From Octopus sinensis (Eukaryota), in the NCBI RefSeq assembly GCF_006345805.1, contig NC_043012.1, positions 56,110,001 to 56,174,000 of the forward strand: 64,000 nucleotides of DNA, given 5' to 3'. The translations under genes and the position numbers were made by a program. A model generated the notes under the pieces. It was not told the origin of the DNA and did no database searches. It saw only the letters and a program-made list of their open reading frames with translations. This document shows, piece by piece, positions 28,537-41,991 of this stretch; the first letter of the stretch is position 1, and every line of letters starts with the position of its first letter.

Positions 28537-29104
28537 TATATATATATATATCTCAGAGATTACATTATCTAATGTATCCTTTTTTTTTTTAAGATAGTAG
28601 GGTGCTATTTGAGGGAGACTTATTTATAGCAATCAAAGCATCTCTGGAAAAACACCCTCATCACCCTAACTCACACACACACAAAGTAATTTGCGTAGGT
28701 GATAAATATTGCTGTAGAATTTTGATAAAATAGTTTTAATTTAATTAAGTGATAGTAATCAGCTGGATACATGATGCAACAGCAGCAGTTGCTTTTCATT
28801 ATATATATATATTATATATATATATATATATAAAATCTATTCAAGGAGTGCAGAATCTTATAATTCTAAAGTGCTGCAATATGTAAAAGTAAAACCAACC
28901 CCACCACACACATGCACCATCACTTTCTTTCTTCTCTCTCTCCTTTAATGTAGTACTCTATTAAATCTAAAGACTAGTTTTATTGGAAGAATTGCTTAAG
29001 GTAGCTATTGTAATTAATGTATGCGGGCATGTTTATGCATAACATGTGTATGTATAGCTACCTATCTATATGGATACATAGGTAAATATATATCAGATGT
29101 GTAT

Positions 29105-29193
29105 ATCTATACATACACACACACACACACACACACACATAATATATATATATGATATATATATATATATATATACACACATACATACCACAC

Positions 29194-29227
<34 letters not shown>

Positions 29228-29273
29228 ATACACACACACATATATATAATATATATATATATAACACATACAT

Positions 29274-29314
<41 letters not shown>

Positions 29315-29316
29315 AT

Positions 29317-29358
<42 letters not shown>

Positions 29359-29444
29359 ATACACACATATATATATATAATATATATATAACACATACAT
29401 ACACACACATATATATATATATTATATATATATATATATATATC

Positions 29445-29476
<32 letters not shown>

Positions 29477-29485
29477 TACATACAC
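29105..29485. repeat. Compound (CA)/(TA)/(CATA) microsatellite with higher-order repeats
   Basis: Recurrent units such as (TA)n-CACACATACATACACAC and TATATAATATATATATAACACATACAT. Confidence 0.9.
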
Positions 29486-31016
29486 CTATATAGCTATAGA
29501 CACATACTTACACACACCACTGCACAATTTTCCGTCCTTTCTTTTGACTATAGATATTCAAACGACGACGACTTTGACATCTAGTTTACAACTTGATCTG
29601 TCGTCAATGCAAATGGCATCAAGACATTTAAGAGTACTTTATGTGTGTTTTCTGAAACTTGTTTATTAATACATCCAGCTACTAATACTACTATTGCTGT
29701 TACAACGTCAAGAAGTTTTATCTGAAAGAATTATCTGGTAAGAGATATAAGCACAAACCCTGCCCTCCACTGCAAAATGTCTTCATAGATATATGTGAAA
29801 CCATGAATTGTAAAGAAAGTTATCTATCAGTCCACCTATCTATCTAGATATCAGAATTCACATATTGACACTATCAGAAGTGTGCCAAATGTACATCCAA
29901 AAACACCTTCCTCTATAATAACATTCCTTAAAAATTCCGAGACTTACAATTTCTGATGACCTCCCAGGATGGCAACATGTGTATCATGATACTAAGGTAT
30001 CACAAAAATTAGGTCTTTCAGGCAGGAAAAAAAAAAACGATGCATTTTCTGGGAATAAGAGACATTTTAACACAGCTGATTGGTGCCAAGTTTAATGTTT
30101 TTTCTTGTTTTCTTTCTTTCTCACTATTTATATGTGTGAACATATTTTTCTTTATGTGTATGATGAGAAGTTAATTGTCAACATCAATTGTATTCAATTA
30201 ATAAATCATAATGTATATCCCTCCCAATCTTATAACCTCTGTGTGTGTGTGTGTCTCTCTCTCTCTGGAGTCAAAAAGTACCGTTGCTGAAACTAGTTCT
30301 TATGTTCAGTCAGCCAAGCAAAACCACCAGTTTCCAAACAGGTATGTCCAATTGTCTCATTACGTTTTTCTTGTAACGAAACTTTGGCACTCTACAAAAA
30401 CGGTTCTAATTACCATGAAAAAGCATGTCTTAATGGCTAGGGTATTTGACTCACAATCTTAAGGCTGTGAGTTCAATTCCTGGCAGCACATTGTGTCCTT
30501 GAGCAAGACACTTTATTTCATATAGCTACAGTCCACTCAGCTGGCAAAAATGAGTTGTAGCTTTAATTCAAAGGGCCAGCCCAGTCACATTTGTGCATCA
30601 CACTGAATCTCCATGAGAACTACATTAAGGGTACACATGTCTGTGGAGTACTCAACCACTTGCATGTTAATTTCATGAACAGGCTGTTCCATTAATAGAA
30701 TAGACTGGAATACTTACCTGTTCCTGAATTAGAATGTAAATGGATGAATATTCCACAGATTCATGTACTTATGAGATTGTCAGGAAGAATCACCATGACA
30801 CAATGTGTGTGTGTATAAAACAAGGCTGTACTTTTTGAACTCCAGGGTACAATCTACTCAATAGGCTTCCATACAGTTTCCATTCCCCAATTTTTTTCAC
30901 AAAATATGAGTTGACTCAATCCTACTGAAAATTACATTTGCCCATGCAGAAGGATTGAACCTAAAACCTCATGGTTGCTCAGTACCAGAACTAGTGCCTA
31001 CACTAGTTCTCATACA

Positions 31017-31242
31017 TTAACTTTCTAACATTTAAACCAGCCATATCAGGCCCAAATATTTACCTGTCTTATGTTCAAACAAGTGAGATCCAGACTTTCA
31101 TACCTACCCTACAATATCATTTAAAAATAAACAATCACATCATAGAAACCTCGGAGATACGAGATTATGCATGATTAATTCAAAACAATGGGAATAAATA
31201 AGCAATATATTTGACAGAGTAATCTGAATGCTAAAAGATTAA
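31017..31242 (-). mobile_element. piggyBac-type MITE copy
   Basis: TTAA at 31017-31020 and 31239-31242. The internal sequence is the reverse complement of the 54713 copy. Confidence 0.72.
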
Positions 31243-31519
31243 GGAAAAACAAAAAGACCAGTGCCACTGTACAAATGATGATAGCTGATTAACTTGAACT
31301 TCTCTAAGTTGTTGTTTACACCAATGTCAATCCTGATCAAGTAAATCAATGAGTAAAAGCATTCCATCCACGACTATCCCTTCTTCCTATATATCCAAAC
31401 CATGTATCAAAGACAACACTAAAAACAATGTTGCTCACTTTTTTCTTTAAGTTGGCAAGTTATGATAAGAGGGAAATTTGGCTGCTATTTCTAACATACC
31501 AAGCAGCTTGAAAGATCTG

Positions 31520-31760
31520 TCCTTGTTGATGGATGACAAGGAAAGTGACAGCTGAGGGGGAATTCCAGAGAGTTGGAGATCTAGGGAGAAAAAAAAAATT
31601 GGGTGAAGTATTTAGTTAGCATACCAATTTGAGGTCAGATAGTAAGGAAGTTAATGGAAGGAGGGAAAACAAATAGCTCTTTAAGGATTGGATGGATGTA
31701 ATCTTTATCTCGCTAGTTCAGAGGAACCGGAACCATCACAGCAATGACAAAAACAAGCGG
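31520..31760 (-). mobile_element. Possible L2/CR1/Jockey-group LINE 3' fragment
   Basis: FFSPRSPTLWNSP-like remnant (frameshifted), compare FFPRT..LWNSLP. Confidence 0.4.
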
Positions 31761-33259
31761 GGGGGGGGGGGTAGAAAAGACAATATATCAATATGTTAGT
31801 AGTTGTTTATAGCCTAGGATTGAGCAAAGCTATGATCAAAGACATTCTGTTCCTCTTCCTATATCCAGGATTACATAATCCAATGTGTCCTTTTGTTTGG
31901 GTTTTTGTTTTTAAAGATAGTATGTTGTGATTTGAAGAGGATTTGATTGCCACTTCTAGCAACTTGAGTGACTGAGTAGAGATTGTCTTGTGCTGCCAAC
32001 CTCTACTCTTCCTGATCACCAGTAGTGTAACATGTCAGGAAAAGAAGGTTTGCTATTCGGTCAAATGACTTCTTTACAGATATCACCTACAATGGTTGTG
32101 TTACATGCTGTCACCGCTTTGTCCTAAATATGTGAGAAGTACTCTTACTACAGGTCATGCATGTATCTAACCATGGGTTGGTAACTAATTTGTGCTCAAC
32201 TACTTTCTGGGCCTATAAAAGTCACTGAGATATTGCAGGAAACATCAGATATAGTAAGGATGGGATCTTGCATTTATAAAAGCCCATTAACAAGTTTCAA
32301 GCCTTTCCACTCTCTTATACTGTTGTTACGATGACCGCTGTTCTTCTTAAGCTGTCAAATGTATATTACCCCCATTTCAAGCCTATTTTACAATCAAACA
32401 GAAGAGCTTCCATGCAGTCACTTGACCTACAGAAAAGAGAAGCCAAATTTACCTTTAATCATAGCTATCTTCCTAAGTTTAACATTTATGTCCCATACTG
32501 ACATGGATTTTATGGTTCGACAGGATAAGACTCGCCTGAGGGACATGTTGGTCTTCAATGCCCGCTTTAGATAGGTTTCTATGGCTAGTTACCCTTCTTA
32601 ATATTAACCACTTAACCAAGCATACTGAGTACTTTTTTCTTTTTGTGGCACCAGCACAAGTTGGGTCACCAAGTAACATGCAAGACCCCTCAAAGTACAG
32701 GTGCAGTATTGAAGGAAGTGGCATAGTACCAAAAAGTAGAGAGGTTAAAGTAAGAAACAGGTACAGGTATAGATGTCTTGTTATAGTAGTGGGATACAAT
32801 AAGAGAGGAGGGTCGCTGCTGGATAGTTTTTGAACTTAAGTCTACTCAATCCGGGCTGATCTAAGTTTAAATAACCAATCCTACCATGTCAACTCTATTC
32901 CACCAATCAGTTTTACTTTATATCAATTTCTCCTCAGAGCTACCAAAGAATTTAACCAAAGGAATTCAAGCTGAACATTTACAATATTAACCCAGAGTGA
33001 GTGGAGTGAAAAAGCAATAGCACTCCCCCAATGTAGTGATGGAGTGGAGGTATGGTTAAAATAAAACAAATCTGCAGTAAAATTCATCATTTTGCTTGAT
33101 GTTTTTGGTTGAATAGGTTAAAATTTGTACTGTACTTAGACTTAAATGGATGTGTTTACATGCATATACGTGTGTGTGTGTGTGATGCCTGCTTGCATGC
33201 GTGAGTATGTATATATGAGGGAGCATATCTATGTGTTGAGTATATGTTCATGTGTGTGG

Positions 33260-33342
33260 GTGTGTCATAATATATGTTTGTGTGTATGTCATAATATATG
33301 TTTGTGTGTGTGTCATAATATATGTTTGTGTGTGTGTCATAT

Positions 33343-33385
<43 letters not shown>
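33260..33385. repeat. Three ~24-bp TGTCATAATATATGTTTGTGTGT units followed by (TA)n
   Basis: Read directly from the sequence. Confidence 0.8.
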
Positions 33386-33388
<3 letters not shown>

Positions 33389-35671
33389 CACAAACAATCA
33401 TGACATTGTTTCATGTTAGCTTTGAATTTTATATGTCAATGTAAATAACATCAAACCATTTAAGAGTGTGTGTGTGTAGACATTTTTTTCTGAAATACTA
33501 TACCCAACAGATAGGATTAACTAATTCAGCCTTAATTATCTGTTGCACACATACAATGAGACATTTTCATCATCATCATCGTTTAACGTCCGTTCTCCAT
33601 GCTAGCATGGGTTGGACGGTTCGACCGGGGATCTGGGAAGTCAGAAGGCTGCACCAGGCTCCAGTCTGATCTGGCAGTGTTTCTACAGCTGGATGCCCTT
33701 CCTAACGCCAACCACTCCGTGAGTGTAGTGGGTGCTTTTTGGGAAGACAAACACAATGTGATATGCATGCCTTTCCAGGAAAATCAGTGGAATGGCCCCA
33801 AATGGGAATGAGTGCCCAGTCTTGTAACACAGCAATGAATTATCAATTCACCTCAGCCAACGAGAGAACCTCTATGATCATTCAAACTGGTAGAAATAGC
33901 AGCTAAGTCTTCAAACTAAAGCCTATCGTCTCACAAGAAAGGAACACAATGGATAATGTAATCTTTGATACACAATCATAATTTTAATGTCCACTTTTCC
34001 AGGTTTGCATGAGTCAGATGGAATTCATTGAGGTAGATCTTTTTTATGGCTAGATACCTTTCTTGTCACCAACCTTCATCTATTTCCAAGATATGTTCGC
34101 TTTGTGGGATATGTTTACATGGAAATGAACGACACCGCTTGTAGGACAGTGATGTTCACTTACTACTATAATGTGATGTCAAAACAAGGAGACACAAACG
34201 GACAAGATGGGTTTCTTACAGTTTCTGCTTACCAAATCCACCTACAAGGCTTTGGTCAGCTAGGGGTTAGAGAAGACACTGGCCCAAGACTGAACTCAAA
34301 CCTATGTGGTTGGGGAGCAAATTTCTTCACCATGCAACCATGTCAGAAATAAACAGCTTCAATACTTTTAATCATATGTCTGCTCGATCAAGGACAACTT
34401 AGAGTTACACAACAACAGCAATTGATGTTGATAAAATCCAGAGCTGGGAGTTGTGTGAGTTTATAAAATATCCAAAGTATCAGAAAACAAAAAAAAGTTA
34501 AAATTAAACAAGGTTATTAATTTTTCACTGTAAGGAAGAAGAGAAACAGTTCAACATTTAGAGAGTTGGTTCTTCCAAGAGAGAGAGAGAGAGAGAGAAA
34601 AAAACAGATTAATATATTAGTTTCAATAGTAAAACTCAATGTATAGTATATATATTTCTTTACTGCCCACAAGGGGCTAAACATAGAGGGGCCAAACAAG
34701 GATAGACAAAGGGATTAAGTCGATTACATCAACCCCAGTGCGAAACTGGTACTTTATTGACCTCAGCGGTATTTGAACTCAGAACGTAACGACATAGTTA
34801 GTTGAGATTGTATTGATTTTGCACTTGCAATGTTTTTATAGCCACAGGAATGGTCATGTGCAAGCTTCTTTGCATGCCACATGGTTTTTAGTTCACTCCC
34901 ACTACGCAGCACCTCTGGCAAATGTCTTCTATTATAACCCCCAGACTGACTGATGCCTTGTGAGTGAATTTGGGACATGGAAACTGTGTGGTGCGCCACC
35001 ACACATGTTTATGTCTTTCTGCCTCTGTCTGTCCACAACTCAACAGATTTTGGTTTACGTCTTCATTATTTAGTGGTTTGGTAAAAAGAGAATGATAGAG
35101 TAGGTACCAGACTAAGAAAAAGAAAATTACTGGTGGGCAGGGTTCGATCTGTTTGACTAAAACCCTTCAAGGCAGTGCCCCAGCATGGCCGCAGTCGCAT
35201 GACTAAAACAAAAGAGGAAAGATTTCTAGCAGAAAATGCTTAAGGTGCTATTTTTGAACTAACAGATTTTTTCCTTCCCTTATCATTTATTCAGGTGGGA
35301 TGACGGTGCCCATGATCCATTACAGGGTCTCCAAGACTGGTTGAGAGAGAGAGAGAGAGAGAGGTGGGAAAGGGATCACGAAATCAGACAACTGACCTGA
35401 ATGCTAGCAACAGAATGGAATCTGTTAAAAAGGACCCAGCTAGGGCAAATACCACAGGTAATCCTGTCTGATATTCTTACAGAACAATCTGAATTGGTAT
35501 TTTTTTTTTTTTAAATTAACCACTACCACCACCCCACAAGAAAAAAAAATGGAAAGCAAATTTGACCTTGGTGGTATTTGAACTCAGAGCACAGAACATT
35601 GGAACAAATACTTCAAGGAACTTTATCCAATGCTCTAATGACCACCAATCTACCACCACCATTCCAATTTA

Positions 35672-36039
35672 TCTTATATAAAATCCGTTGTCTGTCTGTG
35701 TATGTGTCTTCTAGGATCTTGGGCATCCTCCATCAGATTGCGCTCAAATTTGATATGTAGATACCAACAGTATCAGGGCGTGTATAAGTCTTGAAAAAAT
35801 TACAAAAATCGATTCCAGGTGAGAATGCGATCAATAAAGTGAATAAAATCGTTTTTCTTTGGAATAGAAAAAAAGTCTATCTTTATTTCTTCTTTTGCTG
35901 GTGTCTCAAATTTAGGTTAAATCAGTGTTTCTCAAAGGGGAGGCCTATGGGATGGTCGGACAAGTTGTTTTGAGAAAATTTGGTTTAAATGTTTGACAAC
36001 TCAGCACCGTCCATTGGACAGGGGACGTTTTTTTGCTCG
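35672..36039 (+). mobile_element. Non-autonomous Helitron-like element
   Basis: Inserted between A and T. It has a 5' TC start (TCTTATATAAAA..gtctgtctgtgt), a subterminal hairpin (gtcc-att-ggac / cgtcc..gacg) and a 3' CTCG one mismatch from CTAG, and it is CpG-rich relative to its flanks. Confidence 0.55.
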
Positions 36040-36280
36040 TATTTATATAAAAGCAATTGTTAGGCAGCAAGCTGGCAGAATCATAAGCACCCCAGATAAA
36101 ATGTTTAGTGGCATGTCATCTGTCTTTACGTTCTGAGTTCAAATCCCACCAAGGCTGACTTTGCCTTTCATCCTTTTGTGGTTGATGACATATGTACCAG
36201 TTCAGCACTAGGATCATTGTAATCAACTTTCCCTTCCCGACCAAATTTCAAGCCTTGTGCTTATAGTTGAATCGTTAACA

Positions 36281-36461
36281 GGCACTGGAGTGGCTGTGTG
36301 GTAAGTAGCTTGCTTACCAACCACATGGTTCCGGGTTCAGTCCCACTGCATGGCACCTTGGGAAAGTGTCTTCTACTAGAGCCTCGGTCCAACCAAAGTC
36401 TTGTGAGTGGATTTGGTAGAGGGGAAACTGAAAGAAGCCCGTTGTAATTATGTATATATAT

Positions 36462-36518
<57 letters not shown>

Positions 36519-36729
36519 ATATGTTTTTGTCTTTGTCCCCCAACATCGCTTGACAACCGATGCTGGTGTGTTTACGTCCCCATAACTTAGTGGTTCAGCA
36601 AAAGAAACCGATAGAAGAAGTGCTAGGCTTCCAAAGAATAAGTCCTGGGGTCGATTTGCTCGACTAAAAGGTGGTGCTCCAGCAAGGCCGCAGTCAAATG
36701 ACTGAAACAAGTAAAAGAGTAAAGAGTAA
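36281..36729 (+). mobile_element. Family A SINE between two family B copies
   Basis: Full-length, with an expanded (TA)n linker. Confidence 0.88.
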
Positions 36730-37676
36730 GATGCATAACAGCATTTCATTCATCTTAACATTCTGAGTTCAAGTTTCACTTAAGACGACTTTGCCTTTCA
36801 TTCTTTCAGGGTTGACATAATCAGTACCAGTCAAACACTGGGGTTGATGTAAATCTACTAATCCCCTCCCTGACAAATTTCAGGCCTTGTGCCTATAGTA
36901 GAAAGGATTAATAATAATAATAATAATAATAATGATTCAGATACACATTTTAAAAGCATAAAACAGGGTGCTAAAAATACAAAATTTCATGCTTTTATGT
37001 TATTAGTGAAATCTGGAATGTCAGTCAGCATGAGCCATTTTAATGAAATGCAGGGATCAGAATTTCAAAAACCCAATAAAATGTCAGTCTGCCTTAAAAA
37101 AAAAAAAAAAAAAGAACTGACAAACAGCTCACAAACAACAATTTTGGATGAAATACCAAAAATAGTTTCAAGTATTGCATTATCAGTAAACAAACCGCAG
37201 ACCAAACACTAATATAAATATATATACATAGACGTTTTGAGGGCATAAGAGCTCAAGATTACTTTACATATGGGGAAGAGAAATGGGTCGGTGGGCGGTT
37301 CGACCTTTTCTTAGAGACAGACATAAGCGACATCGGTAAGTTATCCTCTTACATAGAATCGAAGAATTGTCGCATACATGGTTCGCTCAGGAGATAGTAA
37401 AAAAAAAAAATAAATACAATTCGACGAAGATGTCGAATGCATAAACTAAGTTCGATTTGTTTACCTATACATACATACATACATACATACATACATACAT
37501 ACAGGTGCGCGCGTGTGTAAGTATGAGATTAAAACACTATTTCAATAGTCTTTTTTTTTATGACTAAAAAAATAAAATAATCTAAATGCTATTTCCTTTA
37601 ATTTCTCTTCATTTCTGAAAGAAAAATGTCAAGCTACAAAATCGATAATAGATAACAAGTGGTATGTGTGTGTATG

Positions 37677-37707
<31 letters not shown>

Positions 37708-38130
37708 GCCATATATATATATATATATATATGCCATATATATTGATCGCATTGTGTGTGGGCGTGTACGTGTAAATATATATAAATATATATACTACTT
37801 GTTTTCGATTATTGATCTCGATGTCTGTATGCCTATGTGAGTGTTATTAGTTCATATTTTCTATTTTCGCACTGTCGGAAACGCGTGCGTGTGTGATATT
37901 TATCGCTATACGTATGTCCATAGTACAATCTTGAAATAAATGCGATTCAAACCACTCCTCTCTAGGTTTACGTACGTAACTGAATATGAAGATATCAATG
38001 AAACGACTTATTTGTAAACAATGACAATATACGTACACAAACCGTTGTTTCTTGGTCTGTATGTGTATGCGTGCGATTCTTTGAGATTGATAATATTTAG
38101 TTAGCCTAAATTAAAAATGAACACTACAAG

Positions 38131-38178
<48 letters not shown>

Positions 38179-38194
38179 ATTATACATATATATA

Positions 38195-38378
38195 GGGAAA
38201 GTTTACGAAAAAAAAACAAAAGACGAAGGCAGGTGGTGTACAAAACAAACAGATGTATTAGTATAACGCTCAGGAATAGAAAAAGTCTTTTACTTTTCGA
38301 GCCTACGCTCTTCTACAGAAAGGTACACAGAAAAAACAAGGAGAGAAAAAAATGTGTGTAGCGGCTAACGATCTATCA
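38195..38378 (-). mobile_element. ~185-bp hammerhead-like-motif element (Penelope pLTR or retrozyme-like) in a (TA)n tract
   Basis: Minus strand 38322-38287 reads CTTT-CTGTAGA-A-GAGC-GTAG-GCTC-GAAA-AGTA-AAAG. Flanked on both sides by (TA)n and homologous along its length to 12949-13145. Confidence 0.7.
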
Positions 38379-38389
38379 TATATATATAT

Positions 38390-38420
<31 letters not shown>

Positions 38421-39204
38421 TCGCGCACATATATAAAAACAGGCAATAATGTTTATAAGCTTTTCCTAAGTATATATATAAAAAAAATACAATACTTATT
38501 GCTATTTTCTCCACATCATAGGAATGCACTCTAAACGTAAAAGTCACAATTCGGAATCACTACGTGATCGCACGATTTGCAGTAACAAACAACCAAACCT
38601 GTCTCAAATTTATATATTTCATGTCTTGAAAAGAACCAGGGGTATTAGAGATAATGCCAGTCCCAGGCGCGTAACGCCCGCAAAAAAAAAAAAAAAAAAA
38701 AAAAAACAGTGGGGGAGGGGAGACTCTCAATGTTGGAATGCCTTTGATCATAAGTTTGGTCACTGCAGGCTGACCGGTGGCTAACCAACGACCAGCTCCA
38801 AACATTATAAATAAGAGGTTTGCAAAGCTAATAAGACGGTCAAAAGATCAGGTTTAATAATAATTTGTACCACAAGCATGAGGAGGTTTAGGTATATGGG
38901 GTGGGGGTGAGAAGGAACGGTCAGTTTATATTGACCCCAAATTACTCGACTATGAGCTTAATTTTATTCATTCTGGAAGAAAGAAAAGTTAAATCGACCT
39001 CGGCAGAAATGTTAATTCAGAAGGTTAAGGGGCCGCTCTAAGAACGGCGACAATCGGTCTTTATTTGCCACAAAGACGGCGAATACGAGACAATAACAAT
39101 GCTAATCTTATCTACTGTATCAAATGTCAAACGGTTATGAGAAAAGAATAGCACATGGATGATGACGATGATAATCCAAACAATAAAAGAGATCGGAAAG
39201 GAAT

Positions 39205-39250
<46 letters not shown>

Positions 39251-41344
39251 ATATATGTCACACATACACACACACATTCTATAACGAGGGAAAATGATAT
39301 TTGTTACTTTTATGTTGTGTGGACTTGATTCAAGAATTTCAACCACGGCCACCACACCAGCTTAATTCCAGATATTATATGTGGCATTACACTGTCCAAC
39401 TTGATTTGTCTTGAGACAACAAAGTACGATGCAAAGGAGATTTAGCTGCTATATCTAGCAGGTCGAGAGAACACTTAGATGCCCCCTACTTGATGGTGTT
39501 TAGCTTCCAGGTCAGCATTAATCAAGCAAACACAAAACGAAAGGCATTCCAGCCGAGACCATCCCATTCTTTTCTTTCTTTTTCAGATTCAATGTCTACG
39601 TCTACAGCATTCAAGGTGTCATTTCAATTCTAAGCTGGTAGGGCGTGATTCGAGGGAGATTTCATTGCTTTTTCTAGCAGATCGCGAGTCTATGAAAAGC
39701 ATCCCTCTCCCTTATTGATTTAATATGGAGTGAAGAAAAACGAATTGAAATAAATTCATGCGAGAAATGGTTTACAAACACCAACGAAAAAGAGGAAAGA
39801 ATTTGAGGGCTTTTTTTTTTTCTTTCTCCAAAATGTTACAACTATTGCTTTCATGATTATCGCAGTCTGATGAGTAAGTATTTGGATGTTTTGATCTTAG
39901 GTCTTACTTCAACATCTTTAAGATAAAGGAACGGAAAATCACAACGAAGCATCGGGGGGAGCCTGTACGTAAATCATTCAACCTGCTAGATTGAGCCGAA
40001 ATATTCCTCAAATCACACACACACACACAAACTACCGTTGTAAGAAATAGGAATGGTACATGCCTCTTGCAAAGACGGGATGTTCATTCATAGCTCAGAT
40101 GCCTTTAATCATATCATAAGCTAGATAGATCGACCCTCATCGATTTGGGGCGAAACAACACACAAACACACGCAATGACACAAAGCAGACATAGAAGTGT
40201 TATTTTTATTTCATTTCTCGTCAGTTTTCATAAATGACTACTGAGGAATAGGAAAATACGTACATCGATAGGGTTTCATTGAGAAGTTGCATAACATATC
40301 AACAGATACTTAACTACCACTACCGTTTTCTGATTTCTTTTTTGTAACTGCAACTGCTTGCTCCAAGAACTTCCTAGAAAGACCCACACCTAACACCTTG
40401 ATATACATTTCTCAAACGATAAAGACAAACAAAATAGCACAAATAAAGCAATATAATGTCTGTGTACACACTAACAAGAAAGTATTTCAAAAATATACAG
40501 GGAACTAGAAAGAAATGATTTTTAATCAAGGTGGAAAGGAAAACTATGTTAAAAATAGAATATCAAAGACAAATATTTTTACGGCTAGAGAAATTATATT
40601 TATTGTTTGTACGGACAAAGAAAGTGAATGTCCGGAAAGAAAAAAAAATATTTAAAAACTGAAATTTAAGAAAGCGAAAAACCAACCAGCACATACCTGT
40701 TAAATACCAGTCTATATTTTAGGTGAATGCTTAGCTATAAAAACACTATTATTTAACAGGGGAATTGAAGGTGAGGTGAAATTAAAGGTTACAATTGCAA
40801 AGAGGGGGATTATTTAAAAAAGCTTTCTGTAATAATATATAAAAAAGAGGTGAATTTGTCGAGACTTTCTGTTGTCTCAAAACAGCACTGCTACCGACAT
40901 ACTTTCTTCTATCAAAATAAATATATATAAAAGGCTAAACGCAACAGAGAAATCTGAAGTTGCTCAATGAAATGAGTATAATCCATATGTAATACAAATT
41001 ACATGTTTCTTTAATGAAAGCCTAAAATGTCACGCCAGACAGCGAGGGTATTAGTGGTGCCAGAGCAAAGCTTTGAGTGAATAACAAATATAAGACCTAC
41101 AAGATATTTGACAAGAAGAGACAGTTGTCTTCAACGAGAGAGCGAGAGACAACATACAACTATATTGTATCAGACAAGACGCATCACAGAAAAAAATTCC
41201 GTTAACGAAAGCCAAGGTGAAATATTGCAGTCAATGTATGCATTACTGATATATGTAAAGTATGGGATGTTACCATTAAACATTTATAGATGAAAGCAGA
41301 AGTAACATACCCGTCATTTAGTTGTTTTAGTCGTGAACCTTACT

Positions 41345-41420
41345 GATCAGGAGACAGCCATGTTTAAATATCATTCCAAAGCCTCGTTTTCAACTGACTG
41401 GCGAGATGATGGAAATAACT
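41345..41420 (+). other. DENND6: Putative upstream 5' exon of DENND6 (5' boundary unknown)
   Basis: Donor ACT|GTGAGT at 41421. Very strong acceptor tcgttttttctccaccag|G at 41820/41821, 12 nt upstream of the ATG at 41833. No transcript evidence. Confidence 0.45.
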
Positions 41421-41832
41421 GTGAGTAGTAATAATAACAGTAATGATAATGATAGCAGCAGTAATGACTATACAAGCACTTCCTCCTCCTCCTCCGGCGC
41501 TTTCACACACACACACACAAGATAATACATGACTATACAAGTACTTCCTTCTCCAACACTTCCACATATTCATGTATATATATATATTCACACACATAAA
41601 TACATACAGATATATGTATATACATGCATATATATTTATATACATATATGTAATATTACAAATAGGTTGTTTAAAATAAGGTTAAGATTTATTTAGAAGA
41701 TTTTTTATGTTCAATTTAATTTTATTTGCTTCGTTCAAGATGATTTTTATTTAGGATGCCAACGGATGCGAAACTCTGGCAGATACAACGTAATGGTCAA
41801 GGTCGTTTTTTCTCCACCAGGTTTTTTGGAGA

Positions 41833-41991
41833 ATGGCCGCTATGGACGAAGACTTCGAAACTGCTGTACTTCGGCAGTTCACAGAGACCAGTTCTAAGTC
41901 TCCTACTTTATTACCATGGGACCGTTTCTCAAACTGGCTTCATTGTGCTTGTGTTGTGACATTTGACTTGGAATTGGGACAAGCGATGGAG
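41833..41991 (+). CDS. DENND6: DENN domain-containing protein 6 (Rab14 GEF family), first coding exon, 53 codons
   Basis: Translates to MAAMDEDF...[28 protein letters not shown]. This matches, from memory, the DENND6A/B (FAM116) N-terminal motif [28 protein letters not shown]. It ends at a phase-0 donor GAG|GTAGAA (GT at 41992). Confidence 0.93.

Noticed and set aside
29058-29477. Long ORFs rich in YI/CV/HT (also 13011-13348, 33146-33403, 56879-57571)
   Set aside because: Translations of dinucleotide microsatellites.
37095-37113. Very strong minus-strand acceptor (T-run + AAG) near 37093
   Set aside because: All three frames hit a stop within 18 codons and no good donor follows. It may be a simple poly(A/T) tract.
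41756-41959. 67-aa ORF overlapping the DENND6 start in another frame
   Set aside because: No recognisable homology, and it would be largely removed if the 41820 acceptor is used.
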